A DNA stretch of 64,000 nt. Origin: Paraspadella gotoi. Taxonomy: Eukaryota > Animalia > Chaetognatha. Location of the stretch: the NCBI GenBank assembly GCA_051294375.1, contig CM119267.1, forward strand, positions 23,650,115 to 23,714,114. The letters are read 5' to 3'. Positions 10,728-24,194 of this stretch are shown here, in pieces. Position numbers and translations under genes: made by a program. The notes under the pieces were generated by a model. The model was given only the letters and a program-made list of their open reading frames with translations, was not told the origin of the DNA and made no database searches. Within the stretch, counting starts at the first letter, position 1; each line of letters starts with the position of its first letter.

Positions 10728-13700
10728 CTATTCGATCTCGCTCAAAAAAATCAACATCGGACAAAACAAGAGCAGAAAAATGAAGAAATTATTATTTTCC
10801 AACGATTTTTCTTCGAGATAAAAAAGTAGATCCCCGAATACCCGCGTCAGATTCATCAGCCTCGGGTCCGTCAAGCGAAACATCCTGAAATAGAAATCTA
10901 CTATGAAATTAAATTCAATAGGAGCGGGCCGTTCAAAACTTGAGTCAGGTAAAAACAGAATTTTTTAAAAATGTTCAATTTTAATGCTTTTATTGTTGCT
11001 ATTAATATTCCAATAAAAAATTATGTTTTGATTTTAAGATAATTTTTAAAAAAATGATTGTTTTCAATATTTATTATTAAAATGCCATATTTGGTAGCAA
11101 TTAAAAAATATTTGTATAAAAAAGTAATACTAATTTATGGCTAACCCTTTTATATGTTTAATTCCATTATAATTTTGTTAATTCTATATTGCAAACATCA
11201 GTCAGAAAAAGAAGTGTCAGCTATACTAACCTTTGGAAATCACTTTTTCTTAATTCTATTTTAAAACTTTGACTTTAAAGTTTTGCTATATTCTACTTCC
11301 TGAACCAATTCAAATTTTTCTTGCACCAATCAAAAGCTCTTTAAAAGAACTGAAGAGACAGTAATTATTGTTATGTGTTAGTGACAGAACCGTTCAATAT
11401 AAGCAGTCCCTGAGCTTCGGATCAGGCTGTAATAACGTGTTACAGGCGGGTTAAGCGCCCCGTCCCTCTTAACTGCTAAGCGGCCACCGGGCTAGAACCC
11501 TGGACCTTTGGGTTGGGAGGCAAACGACTTGCCTCCGGCACCAATGGCCGCTGATGAACGGTTGGTGGATTTTAGTCCACCACAGAGCTATACTTTTCAT
11601 ATATATTTTCTCAATATTAAAAAAGAACTAGTGGTGTATTTAAAGCTACCTAGTGTCTTCTTTTTTTTGCGCCGCAGTGTATGATCAAAATATCGAGAAA
11701 AAAAAAATCAAACTTTGTGCAAGCAACTTTTTGCAAGCTAATTGAATCTGATCTTTAAAATAATTTTAACCTTTCTTATCTATAAATAAATATTAAAAAA
11801 ATAATATATGGGATATCGAATAAAAAAAATTTGGCTATTCACATTTTTAGAAAAATGTTTAAATTTTCGTTTGAGCAGGTGCTCATTTCAAATTTCTTAC
11901 TGAGTTAGACTACCCCTACCTGAAGACTCTCGGCCGAATCAGCGCCTTCGTCCGAACGTCGGCGCAGAGCCGCGCCATTCGAAGCAGCGGCGCCGCGATC
12001 TGCGAAGTCAGGGCGCAGGGGCGCAATGCGTCGCAGATTTTGTGCTGGTTGCCTTCTAAAGAAACCTCAGAATAAACTGAGTCAAAAAAATTGCGTTTGG
12101 AAAAAGGGCTTTTCTTTGGGTGAACCAAAGAACCGGCAGAAATATACAGGGTCAAGCCGAGAATTAGAGGCGCGACATTTTTTAACCGTTTGTGATCACA
12201 AAATGGGATTTTTGTGAAAAATACAATCGTAAGAAGGTAAAATGGCGTGAGAGAAAGGCCCGACAAGAAATATAAGTTTTCCTTGACGAATATATAAGCC
12301 AATAGGTTAACTTGTATTGAATCCACATATGAAGATAAAAGCGTTGTTTCATCTGAAACTTCTAATGATTCACAAAGTTTCCTGAAATACTTCAGAGAAG
12401 ATAATTCGCATTTTTGTAGCCATATATTCAGCATAGGAAACGAGACTAATGGGAGAACTAAACTTAATATTCCAATCAGGGAATTACAAAGCAGCTTGTG
12501 ATTGTTCAAAAGCCAAAATAAGCGTTCTTTCATCAAACTACAAATAACTATCATTAAAAAAATTAAATAATAGTTAGATAGAAAAGATCCACATTTATAT
12601 AAATTCGACTGAGCATCGGCGTGATGGTTTAATAAAAGAAAACGTTCAACTTTTGTCTCGTCAAAATCTCGCGGTTTTTGATACACGAAATAATTATTTA
12701 ACCCGTACCCGTCTTGTTTTTCCAAGACGACTTCTAAATTAAGAATACGAATAGAGTTGTACAAATTTATGTACAAAATAATACCAGAACTCGTCAAAAG
12801 AATTAACTTAAATAGCAAAATTTTCAAAAATCCCTTTATGAGAAGAAAAACCACTTGGTTGGTGAAGCTCAAGACCAACTCGCACCAAAACATGAGCGAA
12901 ACTAAGCGAAAGTCGGGGTACAAAAGAAAATGATTGCCCATACTTATAGTAACTAAGGAAGGGAACATTTCCATTTTGCTCCCGCTCTCTTGCGTAAAAT
13001 TTTTAACGCAGTTTGGATCGAATTTGAAGTCATAATCAAAAAACTTTAAGTTACTCCAGGTTTCTTGTTGAGCAATACCCATGGTCGAGTAACACAAAAA
13101 ATGTTTAAATCTCATCTGTTGAGTTCGGTCCATCTTGAAAACGAGAACTGGGAATACACGATGTTCCAACTTGCCAATTCCCCATTTCAACAGAACATAT
13201 GTGGTTTTGTTGCTTTGTAATTTGGCGGCAAAGAAGAAAGAGAATAGAGCAAGGTTCAGCAGAGAGCAGATAATTTTTTGCATCTGTTTTGTTTTTTTAT
13301 AGAGCTGAATTGTATATTATCATTTTATTTTAATAGAAGGCATAAAAGAAATTTACATAAAAAACGATTGCAACTGCTAGTTTTCTTTTGATCCTTTGCC
13401 AGCAACTGTTCAAAGTTATACTAGCATTGTCTTGCTTTTTCTAACGCAGGTGAGAAATCACTAATACTGTGGTGAGGATAAGGTGCTAACTGGGCTGAAG
13501 AGGTATCTTCTGCACCTCCTCATCAGCAAGTCTTGGAATGGAACCAGGCTGAAGGGTTTTCCACCAGCCAAAAGCGGTTTACAGCCGATCTCATGCTTCC
13601 CATAGAGAAGGTTCTATAGGATATTGTGCACAATGATCATGAGCTGATAGACTTCCTCAGTAAAGATTTTTTATTACTCTAAACGAACTCAATATGATTG

Positions 13701-16700
13701 ATATTTAATCATTTTATTAGTTAGAAAATTCTCTGACGTTTATGTTCCTATGTATTAAATTGGGAATACAATCACAACAACTGGTGCGCTTGCTTTCCAG
13801 CAGAATTCAATTTCAAACTCATTGTTAAATGAATGGATAATTTTTATATTGGTTGTACCAATTTCATATTATAATTTCTTTTATTCATTATTTAGTATAA
13901 TGTCTAATGTAAAAATTTCTTATGAATATATTTCAAGGTTTAGTGAAATAACAGGAGCTTGCCAGATCAATTATCTTTTTTTTTCAAATCTGAAATATTT
14001 TCTATAAGTTTTAACTAGAAAAACTATAAAATGTGAAAAAGTTTTTGACATTCTGATTGCTCAGAAACATAATTTAATGTCCAATATTTGTAAGATAAAC
14101 CCTAATTTTTTAACATTTTTATTTCTTTTCATAAAAATATACACGGTGACACACGACAACCTGCCGCTATAAAAAAAATCGTTTTTTAAGTATTAAATTA
14201 TTATTAGCTATTTTAGCATAATCTTTTTAAAACTTTTTTATAATACTTATATTATCATTATAGTTTAAATATGTTAGATATTTGAAAAATACATTTTAAG
14301 ATTTTATTATTTCAATTTTGATTACCTTGATTATATTAAAGCTGGTTAAGCTTATTTTTATATTATAATATTTGTAAATATATAATTCTCTTAAAATTTT
14401 CAGGAGCTTTTAAAAGATATTAATATTGATACCTTTTTATATAAAAATTTGTTAAAATATTTTGAGAAAATTACATAAAAAAATTGTATCTTTTCCTTTC
14501 TTGTTGTTATTATATGTTAATTTAAGTTGTAAGTTTAAAATTTTGTATAGTACAACAAATTTAATATTTAATTTGGGACATGTTTTGGTCTTTTCACTCT
14601 GTAGTACTTTTTTTATATGATTGGTGGTTTTAGTCAATGAGGTTCATTCACAACGAGGGTAGTAAGCTATACAATTTTAATTTTAATATTTTCGATGCTC
14701 AGTAAATTATTAAGTTTTGTTGATAATATACATCCCAGGCATTGCTTAGCATCAACAATTGCTGAGCTATCTCTATCTCGCCAAATCCCAGTGAGAACAG
14801 CCCTCAACTCTGCTGGCGTAAAAGCGCGGAAAATCAAAAGGATAGAGAGGAAAACAAACCAGGGACAGAAATCCACCGTCACTCTGTAAATAGAGACGAG
14901 GCCGAAGGTAACGCCTAAAACGCAATCAAGCGTTGCTAAGAAGCGACTGAGGATCTTTAACTGAACTTTCCCACAGCCAAGTAGTTGGCTCGAATCCGCA
15001 GATAACCTGGCTATGCTCATGGTGGAAAGAGCTATGGAAGCCAATTCAATGTAATTTTGAATGGCCCAACCACAACGATATTCAAAATGCGACACCATGT
15101 GGGTTCCCACAATTGATTTGCAGAAACATTTTATGTTCCTTGTACGGAATGTCTTGTTGGAGGAGACTACGAAGACATTGCCACTCTCTGAGGTGACACT
15201 CCTTGACGATTTTTTAAAAAGATCATTTGTAAAGCAAACCTGAGAAGGGACAAAAGGAATTTTGTTATTAAATGAAAACAAAAACAAATGAGAAAAAACT
15301 ATCATCAGTAGGCCATAGTTATTATCAAAGGAAAAGTAAAATTGTTTTAAACAAGGCTATAAAATTTTTTTATTTGTACCATTTAAGGAAAAACTCATGG
15401 ATTTCGATGGTGAAATCAACCGAGGTTATATTTCTGAGAATAAAGGTGACGGTGAGACACACGCAGGAGTCTTGATCAATTCTACTGAAACTAAAACAAG
15501 CTAGGTCTAGATCGCCCGAGTCTCCGATCGAATTTGCTTTTGGTGGCTTGATACTCCTGCGATGGTACAGTAACATGATTGATACTTGGTACTTTATAAG
15601 TATACAAATGTGGGATTCGATCCCAATGGTACTGTCTGTTAACTTTAACATATTGTGCGGAACTGTGTTTTTAAATTTTATTTCTGAGATAACAATGTCA
15701 AAGTTAAGTTCTTACCATTTATGATACTATCTTCAATTTTGAAATATTTTTCTGTCCAAAATATTTAATCCAAATGAGTCCTCATTTTTCACTTTTTTAA
15801 TTTTAAATAATTTATTTATTTTAAAATAAATTTTATTAAAAATTATGTAAAAATATTTTAAATTGTTATAAATTATTTAAATTTTAATTTTTATAAATTC
15901 GGTGCATTAATAAAATGAAATAAACAAATATAAAAAAAACAAAAATTAATAAAAATATGCTAATTAATTTGATATTTAAATTCTATTATTTGAAGTTGTG
16001 AGCGATTGAATCATTAAACCTGAACAAAATGGTTGCTATTTATTCTATAAATTATTATTAAATCAATTAAAAAGTAATATGAACAAGGTAAGTTGATAAT
16101 TTGGTCTATACTTGTGCGCTTATTCATTATAATAAATTAAAGTTTTTCGATCTGGTATTGGAGCAGTAAACTTTTCTTAACAGACAGTACCATTGGGACA
16201 CACTGTATAGTGTATAATAATCATTGTAACATATCTCAAATAATTCTTTTTTCTAGAGTGGAAAGTATATCATACCCAATGAAAAAATCTTCCAAACATA
16301 TTTCGAATATCTTTTAAAAAATAACTCCAAAGCACAGGTCATAATAACCTTTTTCAAGCACACACATCGAGCATGCGTACTATAGAATACCTCCTTTGAT
16401 CCCCTTGTCCACTCCAAAGCCGCAGCCGCAACTTGAAGGAGAAGTTGAGGAAAAGATTCCAGAAGTACTTGTATAAATTGGAGGTTTGAGTCCAATCGTC
16501 GCTTCAATGCAAATGATTTACCTTAAATGATTGATTGATAGAGTGATTAATATAATTGATTTAATTGGTTTTGTTAGAATATATAGATTGATTTACTGAG
16601 TTGATTTTTATTAACAGATTTGATTAAATAGAAACTCGCATGATGGGAAGAAGAAGATACTCCCAAGAGGGGTTGTCTCTAACTTTTTAACTTCTTTTAG

Positions 16701-19468
16701 ATCGAGTAGATAACTCACATTATTATTAATATTCTATCTCCATCATAATATATCTTTTCAGATTTGTAGTGAAAAAAATGGTCTAAGGCAAGCAGTAAAA
16801 ATGATTGATCTCATATGAGGCATACTAAGCTTTTGTTATTGCTGTACAATGTGATCCTTTATAAAATCTTTGATTTTTCTTTTTTTGGATTTTTTTGATA
16901 CTTGATACTGATAATACATCCGAAGGTATATAAAAATATTCATTTTGTTCATAGAAAGGTTACCCAGAGCTTTATGACTTTTACTAATGCTGTGCAAAAA
17001 AAAGAGGACACCCAAAAACATTATGAAAAGAAATTAAGTTAGATTCCTTTAAAATGAAAGATATTATAAGTAAATAATATTCATGGAAAAAGGAACTATT
17101 GGTGTAAATTTGGTTAATACGTGGCTATCCGTTACGAATACAAAGTACAAAAAATTAAGGTACTTGTAACCTCTTGTGTTTGAGGTGCTGTAGCTCTGGA
17201 ATGATTGGACCCATTTTATTTTAAGTTACACAGATGGATTCCTCATTCAAAAGTCTTTATTTACCATTCATAATATTTAAGAAAACATAAATACAATGCC
17301 CATAAATTAAGGCTAAAAAGTATTTTCGGTTTTTGGCAGATGTTTTGACTTTGTAAATCTAATATTTTGATGAAGACTTACAACTAAGTCAAAACATGTT
17401 TAAACCACCGTACAAAGGACCGATTGTAAGCCCCACGCTTTAAATTTTTCCAACTCCTCACCGGCCCAGCCAATCTAGTATACCGGTAGAAAGCCTACCG
17501 CCGGATCCGGAGTTCCGTAAAGCAAGGCAAATAATAGAAAAATCTCCCAGACCCACGGAGCACACAAAGTGTGGGGCGACCTCCTGTCTTCCCTGTCACT
17601 TTAACATGTGTGTTTGCAACTATGGTAAATATAGAAAATTAATAAAATTCAACCAACCGTGAAATTCTTCGTCAAGAAAAATGTCCATCTTGATGGATAT
17701 CAATCCAAGTCCAAGAGCGTGAAAAGCGATGGTGATCCACATTCGAAAATGATTTTTGGTCAAACGGGGAAAATGCCTAAATATGCGATTATTTTTTTTT
17801 TAGAATTGAAACTTAGTATTTGACGGAATTGATAATTCAATTTGCTAATGAGGTGACAATTTTTCAGTCTGGCATCATATCTTAAACAAATGAATCTCAA
17901 AGCTTAATTAATAATATTAGCAACTTCACCTTTTATTCTTCATTAAAACTCTGACTCCGCAAAGGAGAGAGACCAAATTGTGTGTGAGCAACACAAGAAG
18001 CAACGCCCATCCAATGACCCTGAAGTAGGATCCCTCGGAGGCGACCAATTTCCATGTGACTTTGATATCGCTGCCAACATCGACGATCTGGACAACATTT
18101 TTTAACTTTTTAATATGTTCACAATCCCTTCTTTAAAGGCTTGTTTGTTTGTCAATAAATTAAAATTACAATGAAGTTTTGGTATAAATGCCTCACGGGC
18201 AGGACAAGTTATTGCCTTTCATTCGCTTACTACAGATCTTTAGATAAGACAACTAGCTATTCTACCACTCTTGTCACATCCCATTCTCTCGCAATAAGAC
18301 TAACCGACACCACAGACATCTAGTATCTGTTAAACTTTGCAGACTTTTTGGAAAGAGAAAACAAATCTCATTCTAGCAGCATTGCTGGTTTATGACAGGC
18401 ATTTCTGCTGCGTTGGCAAAGCATGGCACGGTTGGCTTATATAATCGCACATGATACATTACATGATATAGTAAGGCGGGCCAAAATTGAACTCTTTTTA
18501 TATCTTTAAGTTCTCTCAAAAAAATTTCTTTTTTCCTTCTATTACTAAATCAATGCAGCTTTTTGAATTAGTTCATCGGGTTGTTGCACTGAAGCTTTTA
18601 AATATTTATTAATAAATAAGAAATGACAAAATTTTTTAAAATTTTTTTTAAAGAACGGATTCCTATAGAGCTTGAAAAGTTAAATGAATGTTAGTAATAC
18701 AATTTTTTTAAATTTTGACAATAAATTGGTTAAAAATAAGAAAAACCTTAAAAAATCATCATCATCATCATCATCATTGGCTGAATTTTATAGTTTATTA
18801 AAATTTCATCCATAAAACAACAAAAATTTTAAAAAGTTGAATTAATGACATTTATCTAACTTTTAAAGCTCTATCAGAACCTATTAAAAAAATCGAAAAA
18901 ATTAAAAAACAATCTATATATAAAATATATATAAGTTATAAAATAATCTTTAAATGATTCCGTGGGCTTATCAATAAGATAAATTTTAAAAGTTATTTTC
19001 ATTTTCATATTTTCTAACAGTCACTAAACCATTATTTATTTGAGAGAACTTCTAGTTTTTAACCTGTTCCGGCCTAATGATATAGTCCCTCAGGAGCTGA
19101 ATTGACCAACGCGAACTGGTAAGATACCTTTAATTAGCACATCAAGCTTCCACTGTTTTTACAAAACTGATTGTCTCAACAAAGAAAACTGGTTTATACT
19201 CTGTGATAGTCTGTTTTTCAACTTTAGATTAACTTTAAATAAAAGTTTTAAGTTTTTTTTAAATCGAAATTTTTTTTGCTACTAATATATAGTTTAATCC
19301 TTTAATTTAATTCTTATCCTACTAATTAAAACGTCCGTTTTTTTATAAATTACCCAGTTTAGGAAAATTGATAAGTAAATTTAACTTTAAACCAATTGCT
19401 TCTATTACTTATCATAATCTTACCTGCAGTACACTCGATAAGATGAAAGAGTAAGCTATGAGTCCCAT
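10728..19468 (-). CDS. XK-related (Xkr/CED-8 family) multi-pass membrane protein, multi-exon
   Basis: Phase-compatible exons: 19468-19424 (MGLIAYSFILSSVLQ), 18087-17930 (IVDVGSDI...), 17776-17658, 16521-16391 (LLESFPQLLLQ, matching the XK-family ESxPQxxLQ signature) and 15239-~14673. These are probably followed by 13283-11920 and 10884-10728. The donor near 14673 is weak. A further 5' exon at 19857-19813 is possible. Confidence 0.7.
11400..11551 (-). mobile_element. tRNA-Gly(CCC)-like head (11551-11479) with downstream body: tRNA-derived SINE or pseudo-tRNA
   Basis: Perfect 7-bp acceptor stem GCGGCCA/TGGCCGC, CTCCCAA loop and B-box-like GGTTCTAGCCC. The D, anticodon and T stems are mismatched, so it is not called a functional tRNA. 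Confidence 0.6.
11916..13283 (-). CDS. Large 455-codon exon/ORF with many hydrophobic helices; probably the 3' part of the XK-related gene
   Basis: A 1.37-kb stop-free frame in very AT-rich DNA with several TM-like segments. It is preceded by acag|ATG and ends at AG|gtaggg, which is phase-compatible with a terminal exon at 10884-10728. It could be a separate gene. Confidence 0.75.
   Translation of the reverse strand: MQKIICSLLNLALFSFFFAAKLQSNKTTYVLLKWGIGKLEHRVFPVLVFKMDRTQQMRFKHFLCYSTMGIAQQETWSNLKFFDYDFKFDPNCVKNFTQESGSKMEMFPSLVTISMGNHFLLYPDFRLVSLMFWCELVLSFTNQVVFLLIKGFLKILLFKLILLTSSGIILYINLYNSIRILNLEVVLEKQDGYGLNNYFVYQKPRDFDETKVERFLLLNHHADAQSNLYKCGSFLSNYYLIFLMIVICSLMKERLFWLLNNHKLLCNSLIGILSLVLPLVSFPMLNIWLQKCELSSLKYFRKLCESLEVSDETTLLSSYVDSIQVNLLAYIFVKENLYFLSGLSLTPFYLLTIVFFTKIPFCDHKRLKNVAPLILGLTLYISAGSLVHPKKSPFSKRNFFDSVYSEVSLEGNQHKICDALRPCALTSQIAAPLLRMARLCADVRTKALIRPRVFR
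13468..13665 (-). mobile_element. tRNA-related repeat family A, degenerate intronic copy
   Basis: gataaggtgctaa, gcggtttacagccg and catgagctgat segments match the reverse complement of the other copies. Confidence 0.5.
15605..16205. mobile_element. Tc1/mariner-type MITE in an XK-gene intron
   Basis: 22-bp inverted repeat tcccaatggtactgtctgttaa at 15621-15642 and 16177-16198. The right end is cactg|ta and the left end ta|ca, consistent with a TA target duplication. Confidence 0.65.
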
Positions 19469-19716
19469 GATTGAAAAAAAATATAACTATCATTGACCAA
19501 AAAAGGTCTATTGTATATTCAGTGAATCTTTTCTAATTCACAGTTTCTCTCTTTTACGAATTGAATTGATATCATGAATAAGCGTGAATATGATATCATT
19601 GAAAGAAAAATGAAAAAGAGAGAAATATGCGCGACTATTTATAGAATGAATCAGGGATTTGTTTCAGCGGAAATCGCGATGGATGATTAGAATTGTAGAA
19701 AGAAAGATAAATACAC

Positions 19717-19799
<83 letters not shown>

Positions 19800-21358
19800 A
19801 CAAACAAATTACCCAGCGATGACGGCGACGACAAAAAATCGCATAATTCGCTTCCATATTAAGCTCATTGCTGTGTCACAGTAAAGGTTGTTTCAAAGAA
19901 TATGTCTGTGGAATTGGTTAAATTGGTTATTTAATAATTCATAATTATGTATAAATTGTATATATATATATATATACAATAATATTTACAAATATTTATA
20001 TATTGTTTATTTCATTAAAGTGACTAATTTATGGTACAACCACTGTAGAAAAAAAATTGTCATATTTACTATTATAAAAATCTTGTTCTTTAAAGAATAA
20101 TATTGTTCTTTCATTTTCCTTTCATTATTACGTTCATTATGTTTTACCTTGTTTTGACTTAGTTTTTACTCTTTTACTTTGTTTTTGTTCTCAGACTTAG
20201 TTTTGTTTGATGTTTGATGAACGGAAACAAATATGTTGAATTCAAAATAAACCCAAGTATTTTCATATAAATGTTTACAGTATCCAAAGGGTTAAAATAT
20301 ATCAAATATAAAGCCTAGCTAATAAGTCGTTAAATATTATAAATACTGTTCTGATAAAGACGACACTATACAACTTTAATATTTTTAATATGCACTTATT
20401 TCAGTACTATTTAAAAAAGAATGTTTCTGACCCGTTTGCAGGCTTCACTGTACGTAGACGAAGAAAATCAATCTCTTCAGGACAGGAATTGTATTCATCG
20501 ACATAAATCGTTTGGGCTTCGATTAGCCGATTGTTGATTTGATGTGCCAATCGATTGCAGATAATCAATAACAAAATATAGTGGAGGTAATGAGATTGAT
20601 GTCCGATTAATGTGACAATGGAAATAAAAAAAAGCTAATGCTCTCATTTCTATTTTTAATTATTTGGTATTGCATACATTCAACATAAATTGTATAAATA
20701 AAATAAATACAATTTTTTAAGCAACGTGACATACTAATAGTGGGAACAGAAATAAATTAGTAAAATCGATTGTGACCAAATAATCTAACATATGTTTCCA
20801 ACATAACAAATTCACAATAAGCTGGTTTAAATATTTAATGATCCTTTAATGTGATCAGTAGTTCAGGCTTAACATTTTAAAAACCTAGATCTTACTTTTG
20901 TCGTCTATACAAACATTGATTCTTTCCATAATTGAAACTTTGTAAGAAAACTGTCAATCACATGAGATCTAATTATAATTGATTTTGGTCTTTGCTCGCT
21001 ATATATAACTTTGACGCTAATTGATTAGAATACAAAATTGCAGCTTGAATTTTGGATTTGAGTTTCAATAGCGACAATGCTATATGTAGTTTTAAAAAAT
21101 CGATACCTTAAAAAATTTTAGATAAAAATAACGCTATGTATAATTGAAAGAAAATTGGCAAATGACAGAAGAGCGATCTGAATCCATCCAATAAAAAAAT
21201 CAAGTTGCACGTAAACTTGACGTCACTTCCGACGTCGAGAACCTCGAAGACAATCGGCAGAAGTTTTGACAAAATTCTCCGCATCACGATGATTTCTGAA
21301 TTTAATAAATTGAATCAATCAGGATGTGACAAAATGGTCGAAAAGTATCAGAAATGCG

Positions 21359-21494
<136 letters not shown>

Positions 21495-21933
21495 TCCTGA
21501 ATTTTCCTCGTCTCGAACAGCCGTTGAAATAATAATTACAAGCTTGACAATTACTTATGACATATCAATCATAGTTAATAGATTCCAATTTTCGCTCTGC
21601 CATTTTCATGATTTCTCTCCGACTCATCCAGTCACCCATTTTCAATAAGGGGTTTTCATCTGTTCATTTTACTGCACAATGTGCACATTCACATTCACTT
21701 TCCCATTCACATTCACGCTTCTTCGTACAACGACCTTTATTCTACGCCTAAAAACTACATCCACCAACCATTTTTAAACATTCCAGCCTCTTATCCCCCT
21801 ACCACTTTCATTCTACCCTCCATCCACTCCACCACCCCCTCCACCATCCTATACCTACCACCTCCATCCACTCCACCACCCCCTCCACCACCTCCATCCC
21901 CAGCTTCGCCCCATCGACCGATGATCGCGTTGG

Positions 21934-22447
21934 ACACGAAATCAAAGCCAAAAAAAAAGAGTCAAACGGAAAAATCACTTTTGACGAAATCACACGAGTT
22001 TTCTTTTTTTATCCGAGAGAAAAGAGAAAAATCTACATATGAATGAAGTCGGCGTCATTGTCGTTCTTGTCAATGTCGTCGTTGTAGTTGTCATCTTTGT
22101 CGTTGACGTCTTTGTCGTTGTCATCGTTTTCGTTGTCGTCTTTGTCNNNNNNNNNNNNNNNNNNNNNNNNNNNNNNNNNNNNNNNNNNNNNNNNNNNNNN
22201 NNNNNNNNNNNNNNNNNNNNNNNNNNNNNNNNNNNNNNNNNNNNNNNNNNNNNNNNNNNNNNNNNNNNNNNNNNNNNNNNNNNNNNNNNNNNNNNNNNNN
22301 NNNNNNNNNNNNNNNNNNNNNNNNNNNNNNNNNNNNNNNNCGTCTTTGTCGTTGTCGTCTTTGTCGTTGTCGTCTTTGTCATTGTCATCTTTGTCGTTGT
22401 CGTCTTTGTCTTTGTCGTTGTTGTCTTTCTCGTCGTCGTCTTTGTCG

Positions 22448-22478
<31 letters not shown>

Positions 22479-23314
22479 TTTGAAAGAAAGAAAGAAAGAA
22501 AGAAAGAAAAGAAAGAGAAGAAAGGAAAGAATGAATCCGCCAAGTGTCACACTACCAAGCACACATAGTAACACAAAAAGCCAAAGAACACAGAAAAATG
22601 AAAGGGGTCTAAAGAAGAGTACGACATAATATACCACTAGTTAAAATCCCAGTACCACCACTTATTCGACACTTAAGTAAGTAAAGTTGACATAACGAAC
22701 TCACGCTCATAAGCAACAACATCATCCTCTGCTCAGCCATCATCTCGCACAGCGCCTTTTTGTAGTCCTCTAGCCTTCGCCCCAATCGAGCGCCCCATCT
22801 GAGTAAGTGATCGCGTATCTGGAGCGCACACGAAATCAAAGCCAAAAAAAAAGAGTCAAACGGAAAAATCACTTTTGACGAAATCACACGAGTTTTTCTT
22901 TTTTTATCCGAGAGAAAAGAGAAAAATCTACATATGAATGAATCGGCGTCATTGTCGTTCTTTGTAATGTCGTCGTTGTAGTTGTCATTCTTTGTCGTTG
23001 ACGTCTTTGTCGTTGTCATCGTTTTTCCGTTGTCGTCTTTGTCGTTGTCGTCTTTGTCGTTGTCATCGTTTTCGTGTCGTCTTTGTCGTTGTCATCGTTT
23101 TTGTGTTGTCTTTGTCGGTGGTCGTCTTTATCGTTGTCGTCTTTGTCATTGTCATCTTTGTCGTTGTCATCTTTTTCGTTGTCGTCTTTGTCGTTGTCGT
23201 CTTTGTCGTTGTCGTCTTTGTCATTGTCATCTTTGTCGTTGTCGTCTTTGTCTTTGTCGTTTGTTTGTCTTTTTCTCGTCGTCGTCTTTGTCGTTATTTA
23301 TTTATTTATTTATT

Positions 23315-23330
<16 letters not shown>
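21934..23330. repeat. Direct duplication (21934-22480 and 22828-23330) with (GTCGTTGTCTTT)-type microsatellite; likely assembly overlap
   Basis: The same unique leader acacgaaatcaaagcc...ggcgtcattgtcgttc occurs twice, spanning an N gap. The intervening sequence looks like an error-rich version of the upstream flank. Confidence 0.75.
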
Positions 23331-23345
<15 letters not shown>

Positions 23346-23456
23346 TTTTATTATTTATTTTATTATTTTTTATTTTTTATTTATTTATTTTTATTTATTT
23401 ATTTATTTATTTATTTTAATTTATTTATTTATTATTTATTTATTTATTTATTTATT

Positions 23457-23490
<34 letters not shown>

Positions 23491-23501
23491 TTTATTTATT
23501 T

Positions 23502-23545
<44 letters not shown>

Positions 23546-23680
23546 TTATTTATTTATTTATTATTTATTTATTTATTTATTTTATTTATTTTTGTTTTTC
23601 TTCTTTTTTTTTCCGGCGTCTACGTACGAGAACATGCTTTGACGAATGCAGCGTAAAAAACTCCATTATCTAAAATCTAA

Positions 23681-23767
<87 letters not shown>

Positions 23768-23962
23768 GGAACCAATTTAAGAAAAAGCGAAAAATCTCTG
23801 TCGAAGAATGGGAGAGCATATTTCGGAATTGACAACCAAATTGAACATACCTCTTTGGGCCTACGAAATTGAGAGAAACCGAACGAAGCAATGAAACGAG
23901 AGAGAGAGAGAGAGAGAGGAAGAGAGAGAGAAGAGAANNNNNNNNNNNNNNNNNNNNNNNNN

Positions 23963-23999
<37 letters not shown>

Positions 24000-24194
24000 A
24001 CGATGACCGAGAACCGGCAAGTTACTTTCTTGTTTAGACTCTTTAGATTAAGAGATTGACTACACAAAATGTGTGAGACTTTGCCTTATTTTTTATATAT
24101 TCTTTACAGAGTTTAGAGCTATAGTACAAACTATGGGAATAGTTTCAATGATTGTTCCTCGTCGCTTGACTCGTCTATTGTTTTTTTTTTCCAT

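Noticed and set aside
11479-11551. Functional tRNA-Gly(CCC) gene
   Set aside because: D, anticodon and T stems are mismatched and a SINE-like body follows; treated as a tRNA-derived repeat.
18408-18422. 15-mer ctgcgttggcaaagc shared with the structured element at 5195-5209
   Set aside because: Flanks do not align convincingly; a single 15-mer is too weak to claim a second copy.
22490-22827. Apparently unique sequence between duplicated blocks
   Set aside because: Looks like an error-rich rendering of the 21.7-21.9 kb flank; similar noisy patches lie at about 43140-43400 and 58700-59060. Probably raw-read gap fill.
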